DNA of 20,790 nucleotides from a virus (Duplodnaviria; Heunggongvirae; Uroviricota; Caudoviricetes): IMG/VR virus record IMGVR_UViG_2695420685_000016, positions 1 to 20,790 of that record; one strand, 5' to 3'. Shown piece by piece: positions 10,236 to 17,423 of this stretch (position 1 is its first letter; each line of letters starts with the position of its first letter). The notes under the pieces were generated by a model. It saw only the letters and a program-made list of their open reading frames with translations, ran no database searches and was not told where the DNA came from. The position numbers and the translations under genes were made by a program.

Positions 10236-10439
10236 TCACTCGGGCTCAGTTGCACCACTGACCACCACATCACCTTCTGCTGCAATCGCCTGCATCAGGG
10301 TATAAGGGGTTATGGCCACCGGACTACCAAACGGCTGCCAGCCCTCTTTCAGTTTATGTGTCAGCTTTTCCGCAAGATCTGACGGCGGCGCCGCCCTGAC
10401 AACATCATAGTGTTTAAATGCCATGGTTCTTTCCACCAT
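10236..10439 (-). CDS. Small conserved phage protein upstream of the lysis cassette
   Basis: 67 aa ORF (likely start MAFKHYDVV... at about 10424); position upstream of the holin matches small proteins commonly found there; family uncertain. Confidence 0.4.
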   Translation of the reverse strand: MVERTMAFKHYDVVRAAPPSDLAEKLTHKLKEGWQPFGSPVAITPYTLMQAIAAEGDVVVSGATEPE

Positions 10440-10683
10440 CTGAAAAATAATTCTTTAAAATACCTGACATGTAATACAGAAAAAACACAAAACCATACCT
10501 TAAATAAAAACCTGATTATCAAGCAGATATGCATGGATAAACTACAAGACGAGATATAAACCACCCTGTATTTAAATAAACAATAAACAACATCAGAAAA
10601 ATAATTCTGCTCTATGGTTTAATTCAAAAATATCATTTATACTTTTCAGAACATCACCAGCAAGGCATAAACAAGGAAAGTAA

Positions 10684-11019
10684 ATGAAGTGGATTGTGAT
10701 TGATACAGTTATCCAGCCATCATGCGGAATATCTTTTTCAGTCATATGGAGTAAAATAAAATTAATAATCTGGTATCAATCGGATGCTTTCTTACCTCCT
10801 GAAAGTATATTTACACTGACTCACACAGGCATCATGCTCAATAACAAAGTGCTACCTGTAACCATTTACAACGTAGTACCATTCAATAAAACATTCTGGA
10901 ATTTAATCAAAAACAGCCAGGAATGCCCTACAAATACAGATAACGTAATGAATGAATGCTTTAATAACCGTTGCACTCTGCAAATATGTCCTTATGGACT
11001 AAAACAACAAAGTCCATAA
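10684..11019 (+). CDS. Hypothetical AT-rich cargo protein (111 aa, Cys-containing)
   Basis: ATG with AAGGAAAG RBS, preceded by about 240 bp of very AT-rich DNA; strand opposite to the late operon; hairpin CCTTATGGACT-loop-AGTCCATAAGG overlaps the stop. Confidence 0.4.
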   Translation: MKWIVIDTVIQPSCGISFSVIWSKIKLIIWYQSDAFLPPESIFTLTHTGIMLNNKVLPVTIYNVVPFNKTFWNLIKNSQECPTNTDNVMNECFNNRCTLQICPYGLKQQSP

Positions 11020-11026
11020 GGAGTTT
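10988..11026 (+). terminator. Stem-loop at the 3' end of the plus-strand cargo gene
   Basis: 11-bp inverted repeat TCCTTATGGAC...GTCCATAAGGA with an A-rich loop; no clear T tract, so function as a terminator is uncertain. Confidence 0.3.
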
Positions 11027-11055
11027 ACTCACATCTGACAAAATCAATATAAACA

Positions 11056-11077
11056 GCCCCTCCGGAGAGGGGCTGGA
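11056..11077 (-). terminator. GC-rich hairpin, candidate terminator for minus-strand cargo transcripts
   Basis: CAGCCCCTC-CGGA-GAGGGGCTG perfect stem; on the minus strand it is followed by TTTATATTGATTTT. Confidence 0.4.
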
Positions 11078-11466
11078 GAGTGGCGCTATGTGCCATTGCA
11101 TGGTGCCGGGTGCCTCCCGGTGAATTCAGTACCAGCACCTGAATCCGCGATTATCCCATATACCTACTCGCTGATTGCCCCTCCGCACAGGGGGATTCAC
11201 CATGCCAGTTTCTTTTAACAAACTCCCCGCAAACCAGACAACAGTCAACCGCCTGAATTGTGAAGTATTTAAAAATTTCTCCCGCTAACTGATACCCGGC
11301 TAACAGTCTGGCGTTTTCTTTTTCAGCAACGGGAAAGCAACAACCACCACACCCGCCACCAGCACACCGTCAGCCAGCACTGACATTATCCGGCTGCTGC
11401 AATGCCACTCACAAAAACAGTAAGCAATCACTTTTTACCGTAACAAGTGATAATCCAGATATGTAT

Positions 11467-11820
11467 CTACCCCAGATGAGTAATCCGAAGTTCATCCATA
11501 CCACAGGTCCTGGCTATTCTGTTGTACTCCTGAACAAGAGCAAATAATTCTGAATTAGCAACCATGAACTCATCGCAAACCCTCTGTATAGCATCACTAT
11601 TCAGAATAATAACGTCTCTTCCCGAAAGACGATCAGGAGTACAGAACAAAACTGTCAAACGGCTGAAGGCCTTTGCTCGTCCTGCATTGACTATATCAAT
11701 ACGCTGCCTAAGGATGAAACACCCCGACGCCTCATCAATATTCACTCTACCCACACCATATGAATGATAAATATTTAATGCTGAAAAAACCATTAGACCG
11801 TATAACAAATATTCAATCAA
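11467..11820 (-). CDS. Hypothetical AT-rich cargo protein (108-117 aa) at the position occupied by stx in Stx phages
   Basis: ORF immediately downstream of the two tRNA genes; listed start is TTG, first ATG at about 11793; low GC relative to flanking phage genes; no recognisable motif. Confidence 0.4.
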   Translation of the reverse strand: MIEYLLYGLMVFSALNIYHSYGVGRVNIDEASGCFILRQRIDIVNAGRAKAFSRLTVLFCTPDRLSGRDVIILNSDAIQRVCDEFMVANSELFALVQEYNRIARTCGMDELRITHLG

Positions 11821-11930
11821 TACTTAACAGAACTTTTATTTTTGACAAACATATAATATTTTCAACAATATCCTGAGCCAGGTATATTTCAGTATAAGGC
11901 TCTGCCGGAAGGAATCTGGAAGAATGAATA

Positions 11931-12007
11931 TGGCGCGCTGTACTGGATTCGAACCAGTGACCGATTGCTTAGAAGGCAATTGCTCTGTCCGGCTGAGCTA
12001 ACAACGC
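11931..12007 (-). tRNA. tRNA-Arg (anticodon UCU)
   Basis: Hand-folded cloverleaf on the minus strand: acceptor GCGTTGT/ACAGCGC, D arm GCTC-AGCCGGACA-GAGC, anticodon loop CTTCTAA (UCU), T arm ACTGG-TTCGAAT-CCAGT, 3' CCA. Confidence 0.85.
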
Positions 12008-12108
12008 TGAATACCGATAATGGACCGCCATCGGGGACCCGCCCCCCGCACCAACAACCCTGTTATCGTGTCGTCTGCTCTTCCTGATAAGCTAATGGCG
12101 GTTTGTGA

Positions 12109-12184
12109 TGGTGGCCCTTGCTGGATTTGAACCAGCGACCTGGCGATTATGAGTCGCTCGCTCTCACCACTGAGCTAAAGGGCC
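12109..12184 (-). tRNA. tRNA with CAU anticodon (Met, or Ile2 if lysidine-modified, as ileZ in Stx phages)
   Basis: Minus-strand cloverleaf: acceptor GGCCCTT/AAGGGCC, D arm GCTC-AGTGGTGA-GAGC, anticodon loop CTCATAA (CAU), T arm GCTGG-TTCAAAT-CCAGC, 3' ACCA. Confidence 0.85.
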
Positions 12185-12216
12185 GGGAGCAGAATAATAA
12201 CGATCCGTAATTAATT

Positions 12217-12247
12217 TCGCAATAAAAAACCCGCTCAGCGGCGGGTT
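12217..12247 (-). terminator. tR'-like intrinsic terminator downstream of the late promoter
   Basis: Minus strand: AACCCGC-CGCTGA-GCGGGTT hairpin followed by TTTTATT, about 45-65 nt downstream of the predicted pR' start. Confidence 0.6.
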
Positions 12248-12289
12248 GTAGAAACTCTTCTAACGCCAGGCATAAAACGCCCATCGTTA

Positions 12290-12325
12290 TGACGAATTTA
12301 CCACAGATTCCGGAAAAATCAACCT
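12290..12325 (-). promoter_or_regulatory. Late promoter pR'-like (sigma70) immediately downstream of Q
   Basis: Minus strand TTGATT (-35, 12317-12322), 16-nt spacer, TAAATT (-10, 12295-12300), directly after the Q stop codon; classic Q/pR'/tR' layout. Confidence 0.5.
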
Positions 12326-12327
12326 TG

Positions 12328-13149
12328 TTACCTAGTTACCTTTTTTAACTGCCGCTCAGCCCATGCTTCTTCAATATCAAACCGGGTCACCAGCGCATCA
12401 TAGAATTTCTTAACTGTTTTTTCCCATGACGCGCGTGTTATCTGGTTTGTCACCTCGCATATAGCATTAAATACCTCCGTTGATGGTAGTCTTTCATAGC
12501 CACGACCACCACAACGCTGGCAGTCTCTGATAACAGGCATACCACGTTTTACCGACTCTTCACGGTGAATGGCGACACCACGCCCACGGCAATCCTTACA
12601 GGCGGTGGAAACCTCACCCTTTCCGCCACACTCCGGACAGGCAACTTTTACCACCTCCCTGACTTTTTTCCATTCTTCCCAGTAAGACGGATACACACCT
12701 TTCGTACACTTTGCCCATACCGGCGGCTTACCATCCGGATACTGGACCTTGTTTGTAAAAACTACGCTTTCAATAAATTTTTCCCCATAGCAACAAGGGC
12801 ACTGCTTTTTACTCGCTGCGCTGCGGGCATAATCCTCAAAAGCTTACGAAGCCATAATGCGCATCACTACCGGTTTTATTTCTGCCGGAAGTTTTCTCAA
12901 CGCCGCCACACGATCGCACCGACTGAGTGCATAATCTGCCAGTAATTCTGTTGCCCGCGCCCTGTCATTCATACTGATGCCCATTTTCCCCAGGAACGCA
13001 GAAAACCCCATCTCAGCCCGATTCTGTGTCATGCCCTGCGCGGCCATCACATCAGTGATACTCAGCGCATCTTTTGACGTTGAGGCCGATGCATCGGTCA
13101 GGCAAGGGGATTTTGGGGAGTAGTATTTCGGTAAATCTTCCAGTTTCAT
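12328..13149 (-). pseudogene. Q: Antiterminator Q, apparently interrupted by an in-frame TAA (12844-12846)
   Basis: ORF 12844..13149 (MKLEDLPKYYSPKSP...DVMAAQGM...) and the downstream reading frame are in the same phase; translation continues straight after the stop into a CxxC...CxxC zinc-finger region ending ...YDALV...KKVTR; the listed downstream ORF begins at GTG 12696 and there is no ATG between the stop and it. Confidence 0.6.
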
Positions 13150-13520
13150 TTTTTGACCTGCTCTTCATGCATTATGGGGTAAATCTTCACCCCCAGACGT
13201 CCACCAGATACTGGCTGACCACGAACGATATTGATTTCATCAAACTGCTCATCGTCCATTAACACTCCCGCATGCGTCAGCGCATCCAGCGGTGCTTTCA
13301 GGATATTGTCCAGGTCGCGACGACGCTTATCCGGTGGCTCCACAATAATCCTGATCGCCAGCCTTCCGGACAGATTTAATTTCAGTCGCTGCTGGCGAAC
13401 AATAAGCGCCACATCACGGCGATAACGCTCACCGGCTTTTGATACAAAATATGTGCTGCCACGACGTCGCCAGTAGGTGTTCACCGTCGGCGGGTAAGGC
13501 AAAACAAACTCTATACGCAT
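13146..13520 (-). CDS. rusA: RusA-family Holliday junction resolvase
   Basis: Product ...YPPTVNTYWRRRG...PPDKRRRDLDNILKAPLDALTHAGVLMDDEQF... carries the RusA signature (RRRDLDN, catalytic Asp cluster); stop overlaps the Q start (ATGA). Confidence 0.9.
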   Translation of the reverse strand: MRIEFVLPYPPTVNTYWRRRGSTYFVSKAGERYRRDVALIVRQQRLKLNLSGRLAIRIIVEPPDKRRRDLDNILKAPLDALTHAGVLMDDEQFDEINIVRGQPVSGGRLGVKIYPIMHEEQVKK

Positions 13521-13532
13521 CAGTAACCCCTT

Positions 13533-14582
13533 TTACCCAAGCACGCCGGTTGCAAAGGCGTGATCAAGAAAACGAAAAATTAAATCAACCTGAGAACCAT
13601 GCTTTTCTTCGAACGCCAGCGGATCCGCATGAAGCTCGTTGTGATGCTCCCGACACAGCGGTAGCGTGAAAATATCGTGGGATTTTGTTCCCATTCCGCC
13701 CTGACCATGACCAATCAGGTGATGGGGATCGTCGGCTGGCTTACTACAACACGCACACGGCTGTGTCTTCACCCAGCGTGTGTATTTCTCGTTAACCCAG
13801 CGGCGACGTTTAGGTCGTTTCATGAAAGATTCCGGAGACTCAGGATCAACGGCAATGCTGACCACCGTCTTTTCCTGTGGTGGGTTCTGTTGCTGGTGGG
13901 CGTGAGGCAGCGGCGCAAGATTTTTTGTGCGCTGTTTCAGTATGCTGGTGGCGGTCTGCTCTCCCGGTACGATGTCGCTTTCACGGTACATTGAGCGGAT
14001 TTTTTCTGCACGCAACCCCAGCGAACGACGTAATACCGCTTCCGGTAGCGCGTCCGCCACCTGATTGCGGACCGCCCACCAGGATAATTCAGCCAAAGAT
14101 AATTCACGCTCCTGCGTACCGCTTATTGCGTGACCGATGACGTCAATCATCCATGCTGACAAGTTTTGGTGAGCAAGTTGCTCAAGTGATTCTGAGGTCT
14201 GGTCACGCAACTGGTTGTCGCAGTGCCAGCACAACACCATTGCGCCGGTACCATAACGGTGAATGACGGTTTCACTGTGGTGATAATCACCGTGTGGCCA
14301 CTGGCAGGATTTAATATGGCGCAACAGCCAGTCAGACAGTGCACCAGCGCCGCCAGCAGCACGAATCACACGCTCATTGCTGAAAAATGGCAGTAATGAT
14401 TTATCCTCCGCCAGCGGCTGGCGAACGGCAGGGACGACTCCGGATGGCAGGCCGCACATGCTTTTCGGTTCCGGCTCCACCAGCACTCGAGGATTATGAA
14501 ATATCTGTATGGATTCACGGCCCGGCTTAAGGACCACCAGCCCAAGCTCAGGCACCAGAACAGGTCTAAGTAATACCCGCAC
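13533..14582 (-). CDS. DUF968-type phage protein (YdfU-like) with C-terminal HNH-like Cys/His motif
   Basis: 349 aa; C-terminus CACCSKPADDPHHLIGHGQGGMGTKSHDIFTLPLCREHHNELH; GTG start with GGAGGT RBS; size and position match Qin ydfU as I recall. Confidence 0.65.
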   Translation of the reverse strand: MRVLLRPVLVPELGLVVLKPGRESIQIFHNPRVLVEPEPKSMCGLPSGVVPAVRQPLAEDKSLLPFFSNERVIRAAGGAGALSDWLLRHIKSCQWPHGDYHHSETVIHRYGTGAMVLCWHCDNQLRDQTSESLEQLAHQNLSAWMIDVIGHAISGTQERELSLAELSWWAVRNQVADALPEAVLRRSLGLRAEKIRSMYRESDIVPGEQTATSILKQRTKNLAPLPHAHQQQNPPQEKTVVSIAVDPESPESFMKRPKRRRWVNEKYTRWVKTQPCACCSKPADDPHHLIGHGQGGMGTKSHDIFTLPLCREHHNELHADPLAFEEKHGSQVDLIFRFLDHAFATGVLG

Positions 14583-14583
14583 G

Positions 14584-14856
14584 TTACCTCCAGATCCGTT
14601 GCTGGAAAGTGCGGGACGGACGTGGTGGGCGTTCGGAATAAGGCAGCCTGACAGAGATTATCCAGTGCCGATAGTCGAGACTGAGAGCTTTCTTAACCTC
14701 GAACCCGCGCCTGCGGTAAGAATGAATCAGCCATTCGGCCTGTTCTTCAGTACATGGTGGGTGTTGGTACCAGTCGGTTTTAAATGCGTGTGAACGCCGC
14801 TCATGCCGGATGGCAAGGTCGGTATCAGAATTGTGAAATTTGGTTTTGTGCGCCAT
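14584..14856 (-). CDS. Hypothetical protein (90 aa)
   Basis: ORF between the hok locus and the DUF968 gene; stop abuts the DUF968 start; no recognisable motif. Confidence 0.4.
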   Translation of the reverse strand: MAHKTKFHNSDTDLAIRHERRSHAFKTDWYQHPPCTEEQAEWLIHSYRRRGFEVKKALSLDYRHWIISVRLPYSERPPRPSRTFQQRIWR

Positions 14857-14926
14857 CTGTTTTCTCTGCTGGCGCAGCAGGTGTCAGGTGTTCAGGCTGA
14901 CGTGCGAATTGTAAACCAGAATGCCA

Positions 14927-14955
14927 GGAAAAAACAAAACCCGCCGAAGCGGGTT
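14927..14955 (-). terminator. Intrinsic terminator at the 3' end of the hok mRNA
   Basis: Minus strand AACCCGC-TTCG-GCGGGTT (7-bp stem) followed by TTGTTTTTT. Confidence 0.55.
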
Positions 14956-15023
14956 AAGTGCGGGTGCGTTGAGGATGCCTGACACATCAGAGGTGGCGAG
15001 GGATTTCTCCCCCGCCAGGTCTC

Positions 15024-15179
15024 TTACTCCTCAGGTTCGTAAGCTGTGAAGACAGCGACCTCCGTCTGGCCGGTTCGGATTCGTACCTCGCAGAGGTCTT
15101 TCCTCGTTACCAGTGCCGTCACTATGACGGTTAAACAGATGACGATCAGGGCGATTAACATCGCCTTTTGCTGCTTCAT
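15024..15179 (-). CDS. hok: Hok-family type I toxin (HokD/RelF-like membrane peptide)
   Basis: Product MKQQKAMLIALIVICLTVIVTALVTRKDLCEVRIRTGQTEVAVFTAYEPEE matches Hok/Gef-family toxins from memory; the listed ORF extends in-frame upstream to 15236 but the Hok start is the internal Met. Confidence 0.85.
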   Translation of the reverse strand: MKQQKAMLIALIVICLTVIVTALVTRKDLCEVRIRTGQTEVAVFTAYEPEE

Positions 15180-15438
15180 AGCCTGCTTCTCCTTGCCTTT
15201 CGGCACGTAAGAGGCTAACCTAGATTTGCCGTTCATAGATTGAGCCTCAGATTAATGTTAAGCGTCTTGCAGGACGCGTAATGTTAACTGGGGCTTTTCT
15301 CTATCTGCCTTTTGGTGTTCATGCCTGAGACAGATAGCCTCAAGCACCCGCAGTCATTCTACTTAACTAAGATTTCCCCGCAAACCGTTTTTGTCCGGCA
15401 CAGTAAATATCCAACTAAACCAATGGCGTTCGCTGTAT

Positions 15439-15618
15439 TTACCGCCAGTATTCAATGCACATGACCGCCATGAACACCCCTAAAAAAAGGGCATTTATAT
15501 ATCCAAATATTAATATCAAAACATCAACTTTTTCCATATACCTTGCTGTGAAGATGATGGGCATACATGATACGAACAACCAGAACGCAACAAACAAAAA
15601 CTGCAATGCGTTTTTCAT
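15439..15618 (-). CDS. Small two-TM membrane protein (59 aa) adjacent to hok
   Basis: ATG at 15618 preceded by GTAGGAGGAATA; product MKNALQFLFVAFWLFVSCMPIIFTARYMEKVDVLILIFGYINALFLGVFMAVMCIEYWR has two hydrophobic helices. Confidence 0.45.
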   Translation of the reverse strand: MKNALQFLFVAFWLFVSCMPIIFTARYMEKVDVLILIFGYINALFLGVFMAVMCIEYWR

Positions 15619-15847
15619 TATTCCTCCTACAATCAATGTGCAATTACATTTAAACACACCTCAATTTGGCCGGACATATAAATATCTAAACCAGAAAAAA
15701 TCACTTACATAGCGTTACAAACTCTTTAGTCTAAATATTCATCGTAAAACATTCCCCATACTTATCAGCCCGTTCTGCGCCAGGTAGCTCATTGCCTTAT
15801 CTGGGAATCTGTAATCAGGTTTCCGGATGCTGGTGGATTTTCGCGTT

Positions 15848-16105
15848 TTAGTTGTTCATAAAAGTGCACAGCTTTAACCAGTTCTTCTGATGTAACCGGG
15901 ACTGGCGGGGCAGTGAATAAGGCCTGAATTTCATAGTTCGGCCTGTCGTTACAATCCTCTTTTTTCGGTACATATTTCCAGTCACCAGACCACTACTTCC
16001 CCTGAAAGTCCGTAACGCCTTTTTTTTCACGTAGCGATATCGCCATGCCACTGTTTTTGCTTGCCCCGCCGTTTCATGCCCTTCCTGATAATTAACCTCG
16101 CTCAT
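15848..16105 (-). CDS. Hypothetical small protein, possibly frameshifted (an alternative frame continues to 15790)
   Basis: Start overlaps the stop of the upstream small ORF (ATGA); Arg/Lys-rich, junk-like C-terminal half in the listed frame, whereas the -1 frame reads protein-like (...TSEELVKAVHFYEQLKREN...) but lacks a start; A8 run inside. Confidence 0.3.
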   Translation of the reverse strand: MSEVNYQEGHETAGQAKTVAWRYRYVKKKALRTFRGSSGLVTGNMYRKKRIVTTGRTMKFRPYSLPRQSRLHQKNWLKLCTFMNN

Positions 16106-16278
16106 TCATCGCCCCACTCATCACAATATGCTTCGACCGGAGTTTTTCCTGCTTCATAATCATCACGCCATGCTTCAGCATCAGCAGCACTGCCACCACG
16201 TAACTCTGCATAGTCCATTAACAGTTCATGCCATTCTTCAAAACTGACGTTGTATTTAGTTGAACCAAAATCAGCCAT
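16102..16278 (-). CDS. Small acidic protein (58 aa)
   Basis: Hand-translated MADFGSTKYNVSFEEWHELLMDYAELRGGSAADAEAWRDDYEAGKTPVEAYCDEWGDE; start overlaps the stop of the upstream ORF (ATGGCTGA); below the ORF-track cutoff. Confidence 0.4.
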   Translation of the reverse strand: MADFGSTKYNVSFEEWHELLMDYAELRGGSAADAEAWRDDYEAGKTPVEAYCDEWGDE

Positions 16279-16453
16279 TTTGTTCTTCCTCTTCGTCTTT
16301 TATTTCGTGATATGAGTAATTGCAGTAGTTAAAGAAAATATCTTTTGCTTCGTCATGTATTTCATCAGGCGTCGCATCATCATCCACTTCGAATTCATCC
16401 TCGAAATCTCCACCGGCTATTCCCGTTTCAATAATTATTTTAAACTTTCGCAT
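16271..16453 (-). CDS. Small acidic protein (60 aa)
   Basis: Product MRKFKIIIETGIAGGDFEDEFEVDDDATPDEIHDEAKDIFFNYCNYSYHEIKDEEEEQNG; a GC hairpin (CCGCCC-TTTC-GGGCGG) sits just upstream of its start. Confidence 0.45.
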   Translation of the reverse strand: MRKFKIIIETGIAGGDFEDEFEVDDDATPDEIHDEAKDIFFNYCNYSYHEIKDEEEEQNG

Positions 16454-16546
16454 TTAACTACCGCCCTTTCGGGCGGCCTCCTGATGTTCTGAGGGTGCAG
16501 AAATCCCTCCGGTTAAGGATTAAATTTTTAACAGAGCTAAATTTAA

Positions 16547-16903
16547 TTATTCAGTTCTGGATTTTGTCGCCCTGCGTATCCGCGCTTTCGCGTTACGCTC
16601 AATCTGAATTAGCTTTTCTATATTTTTTCGCCTTTCCCGCTCCTCCTGACGCAAGAGCCTTACATCATCTGCCAGTCTGGTTTCTCTTTTCGCCACAGAG
16701 AACATCCAGTCAAATGGCTCCACAACTGCACCGCAGATTTTACAGCGGACCTGACGCTCTTTTTCGTCAACCCGGACAGAGGCGTGATGACAATATGGTC
16801 TTTCCGATGGCTCATAAAGAAAATTAACCTGATTACGAGGGTCATCCTCTTTTACCGGAAATAAAACGATATTGCTTAACTCATCCTCTGGTTTTATTTC
16901 CAT
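16547..16903 (-). CDS. Zinc-ribbon plus coiled-coil protein (118 aa), function unknown
   Basis: Internal ATG at 16903 with AAAGGAGAGGAG RBS; Cys/His cluster CHHASVRVDEKERQVRCKICG; C-terminal basic coiled coil. Confidence 0.5.
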   Translation of the reverse strand: MEIKPEDELSNIVLFPVKEDDPRNQVNFLYEPSERPYCHHASVRVDEKERQVRCKICGAVVEPFDWMFSVAKRETRLADDVRLLRQEERERRKNIEKLIQIERNAKARIRRATKSRTE

Positions 16904-16960
16904 GCTCCTCTCCTTTGATGCGAATGCCAGCGGTAATTGAAGCCTGATAGCTAATTTCAC

Positions 16961-17383
16961 TCACAGTACCGCCTCCTGAAAATTACCCTGATAGAAAGCC
17001 AGTACACGCTGCATAGCTTCACTCTTCCGGCACTCGCGACAGATTATGTTTAGGCGACTGTCGTAGCGACGTATTTCTCCGTCAGGTAACGACCAGATAA
17101 GGTCCGGATCAACCACAACCGGTTTCTTCAGCTTTGCCCTCGATAATTTTTTGCGGGCATTTTGCCAGTCTTTACGAGCCTGTTCAGACGGGAATAACCC
17201 GTAGCCAGAATTGTATACATCGCCACTGGCAACCAGCTCTCTGGCCAGAACGCTCATCAGATATCTTGTTACCCCAGTTTTAGTTTCCAGTTGTCGTAAC
17301 GTCTCGCGCCCACTCTGGCGTACGAGTTCAACAACCTGTCCTTTAATTTTTTCCCGCTCTTCTTGTGTAAAAACTTTTGCCAC
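16961..17383 (-). CDS. Hypothetical replication-module protein (140 aa) in the position of P/helicase loader
   Basis: ORF directly downstream of the replication initiator; possible winged-helix-like N-terminus and a CxxC pair (CRECRK); no DnaC/P-type ATPase motifs seen. Confidence 0.45.
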   Translation of the reverse strand: MAKVFTQEEREKIKGQVVELVRQSGRETLRQLETKTGVTRYLMSVLARELVASGDVYNSGYGLFPSEQARKDWQNARKKLSRAKLKKPVVVDPDLIWSLPDGEIRRYDSRLNIICRECRKSEAMQRVLAFYQGNFQEAVL

Positions 17384-17423
17384 AAGCCCTCCTGAAAATT
17401 ACCTCATGACCAGAAATTAACAC

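Noticed and set aside
10361-10564. 67 aa minus-strand ORF in the AT-rich intergenic region
   Set aside because: Starts inside very AT-rich promoter-like DNA, overlaps the 10236..10439 gene out of frame, and has a junk-like translation.
11300-11386. 28 aa hydrophobic peptide ORF (MSVLADGVLVAGVVVVAFPLLKKKTPDC) on the minus strand, considered as a type I toxin
   Set aside because: No convincing Shine-Dalgarno sequence, and it lies in low-complexity CA/GT-rich DNA where hydrophobic ORFs arise by chance; kept only as a note.
10440-11930. Searched the canonical stx position for Shiga toxin A/B subunit genes
   Set aside because: No ORF of StxA size (about 315 aa) or of StxB type (about 89 aa with signal peptide) follows the tRNAs; the ORFs present do not resemble Stx.
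15024-15236. Longer 70 aa ORF extending in-frame upstream of hok
   Set aside because: The Hok family protein begins at the internal MKQQKAM; the upstream extension is probably untranslated leader, though an in-frame mok-like arrangement cannot be excluded.
15180-15438. Looked for relBE-type toxin-antitoxin genes next to hok, as in Qin
   Set aside because: No ORFs of RelB/RelE size or pattern; the region is better explained as the hok leader/regulatory region.
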